Program-made: the position numbers and the translations under genes
The notes under the pieces: generated by a model
What the model was told of the DNA's origin: nothing
The model's input: the letters and a program-made list of their open reading frames with translations, nothing else
The model's database searches: none
Part shown: piece after piece, positions 50,486-62,149 of the stretch
How positions within the stretch are numbered: position 1 is the first letter of the stretch
Layout: the number at the start of each line of letters is the position of its first letter
NCBI GenBank assembly: GCA_963514005.1
Contig: OY740798.1
Span: 51,584,001 to 51,648,000, forward strand
Reading direction: 5' to 3'
Length of the DNA: 64,000 nucleotides
Source: Raja brachyura
Taxonomy: Eukaryota

Positions 50486-51019
50486 TAAAGGTGGGGGGGG
50501 GGGGGGGGGTGGTGGATTGGCAGATATGTGGACGAAGGCTGGAGGTAAAAGCAAGACAAAAGCCAGGCCATTGGTGGACAGGGAAATTGGAGATTTCAAT
50601 TTCCATTGAACAACGGTCTCGACCCAAAACGTTGTCTATCCATGTTCTCCAGAGATGCTGTCTGACAGGCTGAGTAACCATATAACCATATAACAATTAC
50701 AGCACGGAAACAGGCCATCTCGGCCCATCAAGTCCGTGCCGAACAACTTTTTTCCCTTAGTCCCACCTGCCTGCACTCATGCCAAAAAATATGGAACGCT
50801 TCATGAATTTGCTTGTCATCCTTGTACTCCAGCACTTTGTGGGAGTTTTTTTTAATAAACCAGCATCTGCAGTTCCTTGAGTCTCAATGTTCATACCGCT
50901 GGGTTGCAAGTTATCCAAGTGCTCGTCCTCCAGTTTGCCAGCGGCTGCTGCTGGCTTTGTTCCCAGATAAACCTTATCCTGCACCACCTGTGGAGTCTGT
51001 TGCATGTCCACTTATGATC

Positions 51020-51445
51020 ATAGAGTCATACAGCATGGAAACAGGCCCTTCGGCCCAATCTATCGTGCCTACCAACATGCCCATCTACACTAGTCCCACC
51101 TGCGTACGTTTGGCCCATATCTCTCTAAACCTGTCTTATCCATGTACCTGTCAAATGTTTCATAAATGTCGTGATAGCACCTGCCTCAACTACCTCCTCC
51201 AACTGCTCGTTCCATACACCCACCACCCTTTGTGTAAAATAAAAAGATACCCCTCCGATTCCTATTAAATCTTTCCCCCTCACCTTAAACCCATGTTCTC
51301 TGGTTCTTGATTCCCTTACTCTGGGCAAAAGAGTCATTTTACTCAAATTTACTTGATCTAGTCATCTTATGATTTTGTACATCTCTATAATATCACCGCT
51401 CATCCTCCGCACCAAGGAATAAAGTCCTAGCCTGCTCAACCTCTT
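51020..51445 (-). mobile_element. CR1 3' fragment
   Basis: ESRTREHGFKVRG...FTQRVVGVWNEQLEEVVEAG. Confidence 0.8.
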
Positions 51446-51469
51446 GCATTTCTTGAACAGAGGTAGAAC

Positions 51470-51640
51470 CATCTGAACTAGATCTTCTACTTCCTGACCG
51501 ACAGACCACAATCAGTGAGGATCGGTGACAACTCACCCACTGCGATAACCCTCAACACTGGTGCCTGCCCTGAATGGATGTGTTCTCAGCCCCCTTCTAT
51601 AATCCTTAAACACTTACGACTGTGCAGTCAAATACCAATT
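51470..51640 (+). mobile_element. Rex1-like RT fragment
   Basis: FLTDRPQSVRIG...TLNTGA...GCVLSPLL remnant. Confidence 0.55.
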
Positions 51641-51641
51641 A

Positions 51642-51838
51642 GGGGCGGCATGGTGGCGCAGCGGTAGAGTTGCATTGCTTTACAACACTTACAGCCGAGA
51701 CCCAGGTTCAATCCTGACTACATGTGCTGTCTGTACAGAGTTTGTACGTTCTCCCCGTGAACGTGTGGGTTTTCTCCGAGATCATGGATTTCTTCCCACA
51801 CTCCAAACACATACAATTTTGTAGTTTAATTTGCTTGG
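51642..51838 (+). mobile_element. tRNA-derived V-domain SINE
   Basis: GGGGCGGCATGGTGGCGCAGCGGTAGAG (A box), GGTTCAATCC (B box) and V-domain core. Confidence 0.8.
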
Positions 51839-52024
51839 CAGGACTCAAAATTAACGGTTGCCCGGGTGCCAATGGCCACCTAAAGTCCCGCCGTGCAACC
51901 TAAAAGCCGAGTCATTTTGCCTGGCTTGGCAACCGAAGGAAAGCTTGGCCGATGTGGACAGCGGATGGCCGGCGTTTCTTAGAGAGCTCCTGCCTTATCT
52001 TTGATCCCTGCCGTGCCATGTGGA

Positions 52025-52740
52025 ATTGTGGGTCCTTGTACATCAGTCTATGAAAGTAAGCATGCGGGTACAGCAGGCGGTGAATAAAGCGAATGGCATG
52101 TTGTCCTTTATAACAAGAGGAGTCGAGTATAGGAGCAAAGAGGTCCTTCTACAGTTGTATAGGGCCCTAGTGAGACCACACCTGGAATATTGTATGCAGT
52201 GTTGGTCCCCTAATTTGAGGAAGGACATTCTTGCTATTGAGGGAGTGCAGCGTAGGTTTACAAGGTTAATTCCCGGGATGGCAGGACTGTCATATGCTGA
52301 GCGAATGGAGCGGCAGGGCCTGTACACTCTGGAGTTTGGAAGAATGAGAGGATATCTTATTGAAACATATAAGATTGTTAAGGGTTTCGACACGCCAGAG
52401 GCAGGAAACATGTTCCCGATGTTGGGGGAGTCCAGAACCAGGGGCCTCAGTTTAAGAATAAGGGATAAGCCATTTAGAACGGAGACAAGGAACACTTTTT
52501 CTCACAGAGTGTTGTGAGTCTGTAGAATTCTCTGCCTCAGAGGGCGGTGGAGGACGGTCCTCTGGATGTTTTCAAGAGAGAGCTAGATAGGGCTCTCTTA
52601 AAGAGGGCGGAGTCTGAAGATATGGGGGGAAGGCAGGATCGGGGTACTGATTGGGGATGATCAGCCATGATCACATTGAATGGCGATGCTGGCTTGAAGG
52701 GCCGAATGGCCTCCTCCTGCACCTATTGTCTAATGTCTAA
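52025..52740 (+). mobile_element. CR1 3' fragment
   Basis: ORF 52020-52517 is the CR1 RT C-terminus, followed by the 3' UTR stem-loop and tail. Confidence 0.9.
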
Positions 52741-54805
52741 TTTGCAGCGCTGTCGAGCGCCTGAGCCGCTTCTTCCCTTCTTCCCTTCCCCCCTCTTCCT
52801 CCCATCTCCCCACTCCACTCTTCATCCTCTTCTCCACTCACTCCCCCACTCCCCTCACATCACCTTCTCCCCCTCTCCCTCCCTTCTCCAACCCCCCTCC
52901 CCCCCCCACGTTCCCCGACGGCTCCCATTTGTGGACCCAGCCTGTGACCAGCGTTCCCCCGCACACTATCCCACACACGCTAGGGACAATTTATACAAAC
53001 CTTTGGAGTGCGGGAGGAAACCCAAACCCTAACTCTAGGTTGATAGGTTTGGTATTTATAAATTGTCCCTAGCGTGTGTGGGATAGTGTGCGGGGAGTCG
53101 TTGGTCGGTGCGGCCATGGTGGGCCGAAGGGCATTGTCTCTCTGAACTAAATGGAGCCCCAGGGGTTGGACTCGAACCCCTAATATTCTGCATGGGAACT
53201 AAACTGTTGGTCACGAGTATCCCAGATGCAGATCTCTCTTCCAATGGTCTCTCCAAACCCCTAGACGCAGCGGTCTTCTCAACTGGGCACAGGCAATGTT
53301 GTCAATGTGCCACCCACCTGCTCCGGCCATTCAGCCTAAAACCCATCACCCATTTTGAACCAATGCGAGGGGTGGGGGGGGGGGCAGGGGATGTTGGGGG
53401 TGTTTTTCCCAAAGTCTGCATTGATCCCATAGTCAATGTTACTAAAACAGATGATGTGGAGTAGACCTTTGCAGTACAATTAGTGGGATCTAGCTGGGTC
53501 CACAAATGGGGGGCATCGGGGAAAGTGTGGGGGTGGGGGGGTTGGAAAATGAGGGTAGGAGATGGGGAGAAGGGGATGTGAGTGGAGGGGGGGAGTGAGG
53601 AACAGTGGAGCGGGGAGGAGGAAGAGGGGGGAAGGGAAGAAGGGGGGAGAGAAGGGAGAAGGGTTGGGGGGGGAGTGGAGAAGGATGGGCGGGAGGGGGT
53701 GGAGGGGAGAGGGGAGTTCAGTCTACACTCACTGAATCTATCCCTGTGAAAAGTTAGAGACGGTGATCTGGATCTGGAAGCGGACCAATATAAAATAAAA
53801 CTGAATGATTCAGACATCTTTTCATTTACACAATTGATTTTATTGTATTAATTTAATTATATTAATGTTTAAAATCCATGCATTGAAGGAAGAATATTTC
53901 ACAGCCCATCTGTGGACCCTAACCCCAACCCTAGCCTGAACCCTAACCGGTTGTGACCCGCTGGACAGCAAACGTCATCGTGTGACACTGCGCATGACAT
54001 GATGAGACACACAAATGTCGCCCCTGGATTTTGAACATTCCAAACACCTGGGGCGACAGGGAGACACCGCGCGGCACGACCCGACCCGACCACGACGCGA
54101 CAAACTCTTTTCAGAAAATGTCGCCCAAGTGGGACAGGATCTTAAATCCCTCGCCCCACGAGAGGGGGAGAGAAACTGCAAAGCCACCTGCCCACGTTTG
54201 GTCCATATCACTCCAAACCTGATCTATCCATGTGCCTGTCTCTATCCCTGTCTTTCTACCTCAGGGCTCGACATTAACGGTTGCCCGGGTGCCAATGGCT
54301 GGTGACACAGGAGATACTGGTTTACACCGAAGGTTGACACCAAAAACTGGTGTAACTCAGCGGGTCAGGCAGCATCTCTGGAGAAAAGGAATAAGTGACG
54401 TTTCTGGTGGCCGGCGATGGCTGTGGTGGGGGGTGACGGAGGGTCGCAGTGAATGACGGACCCCGCACTGCAGCGGCGGTGACGGCGGCTCCACCTCCTG
54501 CACCCCGCCCGCCCTGGTAGCGGCCGCTGCGTGCCACTCCGCCAATGGCGATAATCGCTTTTGAAACAAATCCTCCCGCACGCCGAGGCCGGGAGGAGGG
54601 AGGGAGGAAGGAAGGAGGAGACTTCCGCCGTCTGAAGCATCTGCACCTCTCGGCCCCACACCTTCCTCTTGGCTAACGGAGAAGGGGAGGCGGTGACGAG
54701 GAAATCCCTAACTGCCTCCCCCTTTGGCGGTGGCACTGGTACAGGGACGGCCAAGGCAGCGAGGAGCGTTGACCTTCCTTCCTCCCCAACTCCTCCCTCT
54801 CTCTG

Positions 54806-54854
<49 letters not shown>

Positions 54855-55189
54855 CTCTCTCTCCCCCCTCCATCCCCCCCCTTATCCTGGGACCCCTCCT
54901 CTCCATCACACACTGATCCCAATTCCCGGAGAGAAGGAATGGGCGACTTTTCAGGTCGAGACCTTTCTTCAGACGTCTGAAGACCTGAAACGTCAACATT
55001 CTTCTCACCAGAGATGCTGCCTGTCCCGCTGTGTTACTCCAGCATTTTGTGTCTACAATGGAAACCAACAAATACCATACCTGTTAATTTCTATGTGCGC
55101 ACTGTTGATGGCTTGATTATAATCATGCCTTGGTGGGCAGAAGGGCCCGTTTCCGTGCTTGATCTCTAAACTAAAGCAATTAGACTCAA

Positions 55190-55572
55190 TCTATAAATTC
55201 ACAGACGACACCAACGTAGTGGGCTGGATATCAAATGATGAGATGGAGTATAGATAGGAGATTGAGAACCTTGTAACCTGGTGCCAAGGCAACAACCTTT
55301 CTCTCAATGTCAGCAAGAAAAATGAGACAGTGATGGACTCCAGGTACACACCTTGGTATACATTGACAGTGCCGATGTAGATTGGTCGAAAGCTTCAAGT
55401 TCCTAGGAATAAGTCTCACCAGCAATTTTTCGTGGACCAGTCACATTGTCGGTTTGGCCAAGAAAGCAAACCACGCCTTCACTTCCTAAGAAGGAATTGG
55501 AAGTCGGGATGCATCACAGCCAGGTTTAGGAACAGATTTATCCAAGACCACCAGAAATTGCAGAGAACCGTG
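55190..55572 (+). mobile_element. Rex1-like RT fragment
   Basis: KFTDDTNVVGWISNDEMEYR.EIENLVTWCQGNNLSLNVSK; ESFKFLGI; RLHFLRR. Confidence 0.65.
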
Positions 55573-55852
55573 TGTAGGTGTAGGAAGAAACTGCAGATGC
55601 TGGTTTACACCGAAGATAGACACAAAATGCTGGAGTAACTCAGTGGGACAGGTGGCATCTCTGGAGAGAAGAAACGTTTTGGGTCGAGACCCATTTTCAG
55701 ACTCTTGTAATCATGTAATCTTGTAATCGATTGTATACATGTATAGTCTTTTTTTGACTGGATAGCACGCGACCAAAAAGCTTTTCACTGTACCTCGGTA
55801 CACGTGATAATAATAAACTAAACTGAACTTCTTGTTTTTGATTTCCATTTAG

Positions 55853-56188
55853 ATTCGTTGGATATGAACATTTTTGCCAGTCCGAAGAAAGTATTTTTGA
55901 ACGATTCGGTTTGGTTGGAATGTAAATTTACTGGGTTTAAAGCACCGCTTGACTTGACAAATGTAGGTGTGCGGTGGTTGTTCGGACCACGGAATGAAGA
56001 AATCTATGTTTTTGAAATGGGAGAACATAGGACCAAGGAACATGGCATACAAATATCCGGTGAACTATCCATAGGAGATGCTTCACTTCTGCTTAAGAAT
56101 GTCCAAGTGGGCAACGAAGGGAATTATACTTGCATTGTGTTTGTCACTCCTGAAAAGGCAGAAAAGAGTTCGGATCTGCGAGTTTTAG
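55853..56188 (+). CDS. NCR3LG1: B7-H6-like exon 2, IgV domain
   Basis: Acceptor TTTCCATTTAG, donor G|GTAAAA, 336 nt, phase 1-1. LNDSVWLEC...GVRW...IYVFEMGEH...GDASLLL...EGNYTCIVFVTPEKA parallels human B7-H6 as recalled (LNDNVTIFC, GITW, GDASLRL, YRCEVVVTPLKA). Confidence 0.9.
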
Positions 56189-56238
56189 GTAAAAGACCGT
56201 CAACATTACCCGGGGTGATTTGCACTGTTATTACTGGA

Positions 56239-57474
56239 GGTAGACAAAAGTGCTGGAGAAACTCAGCGGGTGCAGCCGCATCTATGGAGCGAACGAAATA
56301 GGCAATGTTTCTGGCCAAAACCCTTCTTCAGACTGATGTAGGGGGGGGGGGGGGGAGACGGGAGAAAGGAACAGGAGGAGCCAGAGGGCTGAGGGAGAGC
56401 TGAGAAGGGGAGGAGACAGCAAGGGCTACCGGAAATTGAAGAATGGGGTGCAAACTGCCCAAGCGGAATACGAGGTGCTGCTCCTCCAATTTCCGGTGGT
56501 GCTCACTCTGGCCATGGAGGAGGCCCAGGACAGAAATGTCGGATTCGGAATGGGAGAAGTACTGAGCCACCGGGAGATCAGGTTGGTTAATGTGGACCGA
56601 GCTGAGGTGTTCGGCGAAACGATCGCCAGGCCAAGCTTGGTCTCACAGATGTAGATCAGCTGACATCTGGAGCAGCGGATGCAATAGATGAGGTTGGAGG
56701 AGGTGCAGGTGAACCTGTGTCGCACCTGGAACGACTGCTTGGCTCCTTGAATAGAGTCGAGGGGGGAGGTAAAGCGACAAGTGTAGCATCTCTTGCGGTT
56801 GCAAGGGAAAGTGCCCGGGGAGGGGTGGTGCGGGAGGGAAGGAAAGAATTGACCATGGAGTTGCGGAGGGAGCGGTCTTTGCGGAAAGCAGACAGGGGGG
56901 GAGATGGGAAGATGTGGTGAGTGGTGGGGTCACGTTGGAGGTGGCGAAAATGACAGGAGGACTATTTGTTGTATGTGACGGCTAGTGGGGTGAAAGGTGA
57001 GGACTAGGAGGACTCTGGCCTTGTTGCGAGTGCGGGTATGGGGAGGGGGAGCAGTGTTGCGGGGTATTGAAGAGACCCTAGTGAGAGCCTCATCTATAGT
57101 AGGGGAGGGGAACCCCCGTACCCTGATGAATGAGGACATTTCCAATGCCCTGGTGTGGAACACCTCACCCTGGGAGCAGATGCGGCGTTGACAGAGAAAT
57201 TGGGAGTAGGGGATGGAGTCCTTACAGGAAGCAGGGTGGGAAGAAGAGTAGTCTAGATAGCCATGGGAGTCAGTAGTTTGTGGAGGAGCCCTCTGGGTCC
57301 TCCTCTTCCTTTATCCTTTCTTCTCCCCCCCCACCTTACATCAGTCTGAAGAAGGGCTTCGGCCCGAAACGTTGCCTATTTCCTTCGCTCCATAGATGCT
57401 GCTGCACCCGCTGAGTTTCTCCAGCATTTTTGTCTACCTTCGATTTTCCAGCATCTGCGGTTCCTTCTTAAAAC
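56239..57474 (-). mobile_element. Penelope-like element with inverted pLTR ends and 14-bp TSD, in intron 2
   Basis: GIY-YIG NLIYCIRCSRCQLIYICET on the minus strand. pLTR at 56239-~56420 (-) and ~57290-57474 (+). CTGTTATTACTGGA duplicated at 56225-56238 and 57475-57488. Confidence 0.88.
57346..57373 (+). ncRNA. Minimal hammerhead-ribozyme-like core in Penelope pLTR
   Basis: CTGAAGA-A-GGGC(TTCG)GCCC-GAAAC-GTT; perfect helix II with a UUCG loop. Confidence 0.55.
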
Positions 57475-57514
57475 CTGTTATTACTGGATCTTGGTGGTAA
57501 AAATGGCTTACACC

Positions 57515-57880
57515 AACTGGCCTTTATCGGCCAGCGTATTGAATATAGAAGTTTGGAGGTCATGTTGCAGTTATATAAGGCGTTGGTGAGGCTGTATTTA
57601 GAGTATTGTGTTCAGTTCTGGGCACCATGTTGTAGGAAAGATGGTGTAAAGCTGGAAAGGGTACAGAGAAGATTTACGAGGATGCTGCCAGGATTCGAGG
57701 GTCTGGGCTACAGGGAGAGGTTGAGCAGCCTGGGACTTTATTCTTGCAGCGCAGGAGGATGAGGGGTGATCTTATGGAGGTGTATAAAATTATGAGAGGG
57801 ATAGATCGGGTAGACACACAGAGTCTCTTGCCCAGAGTAGGGGGATCGAGGACCAGAGGGCATAGGTTTTAAGGTGAATT
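57515..57880 (+). mobile_element. CR1 fragment
   Basis: EVMLQLYKALVRLYLEYCVQFWAP...VQRRFTRMLPG. Confidence 0.85.
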
Positions 57881-58483
57881 GTTCCTCTATAAATCACCTC
57901 TAGTGTGTCGAGAGTGGATGCGATAGAAAGGATAACAGAACTAGTGTGAACGGGTGATCGATGGTTGACGTGGACTTAATGGACGTAGGGCCAATTTCAA
58001 TGCTGATTCTCAAATAAAATTGCAAATGTGAAACTGTATAAAGAGTGACACCATCAAAAGCATCTAAATCTGCATGTCGTCAAGGGCACTAAATTATAAG
58101 AAAGGAATGGTCGGCATGGACTCAATGGGCTGAAGGGCCTGTTTCCAAGCAATATCGATCAGTCAATCAAAAATCAACGTTAATTGACTTTTGAGGGTAA
58201 GGGCAATCTATTTTTATTAGGACAAGAGTTGAAGGAAGGAAAGTGGTCCATTTTGTATTAGCCCATCAATAGGTTAATATAGGACATAGGTTTAAGGGGA
58301 GAGGGGAAATATTTAATAGGAACCAGAGGAGCAACCTTTTCACAGAGAAGGTGGTGAGTGTATGGAACAAGTTGCCTAACGAGGTAGTTGAGGCAGGTAC
58401 TATAACAACATTTAAAATACATTTGGACATGGATAGGAAAGGTTTAGAGTGTTCTGGTCCAACACGGGCAGGTGGGATTAAGA

Positions 58484-58783
58484 CGGCACAGTGACACGTC
58501 TGGTAGAGTTGCTGCTTCATAATGCAGGAGACCCGGGTTCAATCCTGACCATGGGTGCAGTCTGTATGGGGGTTGTACGTTTTCCCAGTGACCACGTGGG
58601 TTTTCTCCAGGTTTCCTCCCACACTCCAAAGACGTGGAAGTTTATGTTAATTGACTTCTGCAAAATAAAGTTGTAAATTGTCCGTAGAGTAGGATCGTGC
58701 TAGTGCACAGGGCGATCGCTGTTTGGTGCGGACGCGTTGGGCTGAAGGGCCAGTTTCCACGCTGCATGTCTAAAGTCTAAACT
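58484..58783 (+). mobile_element. tRNA-derived V-domain SINE
   Basis: B box GGTTCAATCC, V-domain core and CR1-like 3' end with (TCTAAA) tail. Confidence 0.7.
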
Positions 58784-58948
58784 AGTGTAGATGGGGCACT
58801 TTGGTCATTGTGGGCAAATTGGGCTGAAGGGTCTGCTTCTGTGCTGAATGCTGTGACCCTTAGACTTAAGAGTCTTATAATGTGACAGTTATTTCTGGCA
58901 ATACACTGCATGGCAACTAACCCGAGGTTGCACTTGTCTTTAATACAG

Positions 58949-59269
58949 CTCAGCCGAAGCTGCATTTATCCACACAACATGTTACCATTGAGACTGGCGA
59001 GGAGAGGCTGGTGACGTGTGATGCTACGGGATTTTACCCTCAGGCACTTAACATCTACTGGGAAAAAGTATCCAAGGATAAGACTGAGAAACTAAGCCAC
59101 GATGTCTTCATCACACCTCCAGTTCATAATCCAGATAAAACCTTTAATGTCTCCAGTAGAATGAGAATTGAACCAACTCTAGTTGATAATGGCAATGTGT
59201 ACAAGTGTGTCGTGGAGCATCCAGCAGATGATAACCGTCGCTCGCTCGAGTTGAGACTCACAGTCAAAG
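58949..59269 (+). CDS. NCR3LG1: B7-H6-like exon 3, IgC1 domain
   Basis: Acceptor TCTTTAATACAG, donor G|GTATG, 321 nt, phase 1-1. CDATGFYPQALNIYWEK...DKTFNVSS...YKCVVEH is the C1-set YxCxVxH pattern (human B7-H6 recalled as CESSGFYPEAINITWEK, DGTFNVTS). Confidence 0.92.
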
Positions 59270-59924
59270 GTATGTTACATCCTTTGGAAAAGTTTGGTTT
59301 AGTTTGTTATTGCCAAATCTACCGAGGTACAGTTACAAGCTTTTGTTTTGTGTGCTCTCGAGTCCAGAAAAGATTAGTTTAGTTTAGTTTATTGTCACGT
59401 GTACCAAGGTAAAGTGAAAAGCTTTTGTTTGCATGCTATCGAGTCACAGAAACATCGAGAAGTAGGTGCAGGAGTAGGCCATTCGGCCCTTCGAGCCAGC
59501 ATGATCATGGCTGATCATCTAAAATCAGTACCCTGTTCCTGCTTTTTCCCCATATCCCTCGATTCCATTAGCCCTAAGAGCTAAATCTAACTCTTGATTC
59601 ATTCATAGTGTTCAGATCCATGCAAAGGAAATAACATTTAGTGCAAGATTAAATCCCGTAAAGTCCGATTAAAGATAGTCCAAGGGTTTCCAGTGAGGTT
59701 ACTAGTTGCTCAGGACCGTTGTCTAATTTTTGAGAGGATGATTCAGTTGCCTGATAACAGACTGCACTTGAATACAACCAAGCTGTCCACAGTGCTTGGA
59801 TAAAGGGCACAACATTTTGTACAAACTTTGAAGTCCAATAAAGTCCGACTAAAGATCGTTTAAAGGTCTCCAATGAGGTAGATGGGAGGTCAGGACCACA
59901 ATCTAGCTGACCAAACGGCCATTC

Positions 59925-60335
59925 AGTTGCCTGATAACAGCTGGGAAGAAACTGTCCCTGAACCTGGAGGTTTTTGCTTTTTAATGTCTGTATCTCTTGC
60001 CTGATGGGAGAGGGGAGAAGAGGGAGTGACCATGGTGAGACCCTTGATTATGCTGTTGGCCTTGCCAAGGCAGCGTGAAGTGCAGATGGAGTCAGTGGGA
60101 GGGAGGTTGGTTTGCACGATGGTCTGCGCTGCGTACTCAACTCTGCAATTTCTCGCTGTCTTCGATGGAGCTGTTCCCGAACCATGTTATGTCTCCCAAT
60201 AAGATGCTTTCTATGTCACAACTGTAGAAGCTTGTGAGGGTTGTTTGGGACATACCGATCTTCTAAGCCTTATAAGGAAGTAGAGGCATTGGTGTGCTTT
60301 CTTGGCCTTAGCTTCAATGTGGCTGGTACAGGACA
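59925..60335 (-). mobile_element. Rex1-like LINE 3' fragment
   Basis: TNLPPTDSICTSRCLGKANSIIK...; 3' RDSFFPAVIRQLN-type end. Confidence 0.6.
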
Positions 60336-61115
60336 AATTTATTTTCTTATTTATTCATAGGAGCTTGGAGATATTTTACAGCGTACTTTATTAAAATGTT
60401 TCCAATAATACATATGAAAATATTTGTGTGTGCTTAATACATATCCTTCACTGAGATGTGCAGTGCTTTAATTGGGGTTTATCCTTTGACCAAGATGAGA
60501 AGGAGAAGATTTAAGACGAGAGGGGAAAGAGTTATTGGAAACTTGAGAATAACTTTTTCAGAAAGAGGTGGTGGGTATATGGAAGGAGCTGCCAGGGGAG
60601 GTGGTTGAAGCAACATTTAAAATACATTTGGAGGGGTTAGAAGGATATGGGGTAAATAAGGACAGGTGTCAAGAGCCAAAAGTCAGTCATGTCAACAGAG
60701 TTTATTGTCATGTGTCCCAGATAGGACAATGACATTCTTGCAAGTGTTTAATAGACATATGTACCGAAAACGGAACAATTCAATTCTTACTTAGAAAAAT
60801 CCCTCGTCACCTATCACTTTGCCCAACCCCCATTTTCTTTCCATCTTTCCCCCACTGCAATCAGACTGAAGGAAGGTCCCGACCTGAAACGTCACCTATC
60901 CATGTTCTCCAGAGAAGCTGCTGAGTTACTCCAGCACTCTGTGTTCTACACTACATTTTGGCTTCTGTAGTTCCTTGTGTCGCCTCTTTAAAATCCTGTC
61001 CACTTGTATTGTTATTTACTATTGGCAAAAATGAATGAGTCTGCAAATAAAGAAGGGTATTTCATGTGGTGTGGTTTTTGTGGGTATGCCTGATTCTTAA
61101 TGTTTTACATTCCAG

Positions 61116-61229
61116 AACCTGTGGAATATTCGTCAACAGGGGCTATTGTTGCAGTTGTAGTTATTGCATTACTTCTATTCACAATACTTGCCTGTGGACT
61201 CTGGGTTTACTTCGTGAAATTGAGATCAG
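61116..61229 (+). CDS. NCR3LG1: B7-H6-like exon 4, transmembrane segment
   Basis: Acceptor TTTTACATTCCAG, donor G|GTAAT, 114 nt, phase 1-1. EPVEYSSTGAIVAVVVIALLLFTILACGLWVYFVKLRS. Confidence 0.85.
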
Positions 61230-61881
61230 GTAATATGACAAATGGAGAAAGTTCCTCAATGCGTTGTAATTGCCTGCCTCGAGTTATATAACCATATAAC
61301 CATATAACAATTACAGCACGGAAACAGGCCATCTCGGCCCTTCAAGTCCGTGCCGAACAACTTTTTTCCCTTAGTCCCACCTGCCTGCACTCATACCATA
61401 ACCCTCCATGGTATATAGCAGCTACAGCACGGAAACAGGCCATTCAGCCCACCACATCCACGCCGACCATCGAGCACTCTTATACATAAATATCATTTCA
61501 TTCAGCCCACTTCCCCATGAGCTCGTACCTGATCCGACCACATTCCTCACACACAAGCGGAAAGTTACAGGGCACAATTTACCTAACTTTTTGGAGTGCA
61601 GGAGGAACCCAAAACACCCAACATGGGGAACATGCAAACTCCACATAGACAACATCGGAGGTTAGCATTGAACCCCGCCTGTGTGCTGTGTACTGGAGTT
61701 GTGTGTCTTTTGTGATTCTTTGATTCCTTCTTGTTACATTTTCCCAACATGGAGGGCTGGTGAACTTTTAGATTCAACCACAGTTGACCCTGTGGTGATT
61801 GTATACCCATATAGACAAGCAACCAGGCTTGGAGCTTCTCTTTGAATGGCATTCTGGGCATAACTTGTTTCAGTTATAATT

Positions 61882-62112
61882 TTAGAGATACAGTGTGGAA
61901 ACAGGCCCTTCCACGCTGACCAGTGATCGCCCCTTATACTAGTTCTATCCTTCTCACTTGGGACAATGAACAGAAGCCAATTAACCCACAAGCCTATACG
62001 TCTGTGTAAATTGGGAGAAAACCCACGCGGTCACAGGGAGAACGTATAAACTCCGTACAGACAGCACCCAAGGTCAGGATTGAACCCGGTGTCTGGTGGT
62101 GTGAAGTAGCAG
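61882..62112 (-). mobile_element. tRNA-derived V-domain SINE
   Basis: Reverse B box GGATTGAACCC and V-domain core. Confidence 0.7.
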
Positions 62113-62149
62113 TTTTGGCGCCAACTCTCGGACACCTCCTCCTATTTCC

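Noticed and set aside
51642-51720. tRNA gene
   Set aside because: A/B boxes are present but there is no proper cloverleaf, and it runs into a V-domain: a SINE head.
53915-53948. Interstitial telomere repeat
   Set aside because: Only ~5 degenerate CCCTAA-like units, typical of TE-internal motifs.
55853-59269. Rearranging antigen receptor (Ig/TCR/NAR) segments or MHC
   Set aside because: The V exon contains its own G strand and ends in a splice donor. No RSS heptamer/nonamer or J segment was seen, and there are no MHC peptide-binding-domain exons. Motifs fit B7-H6.
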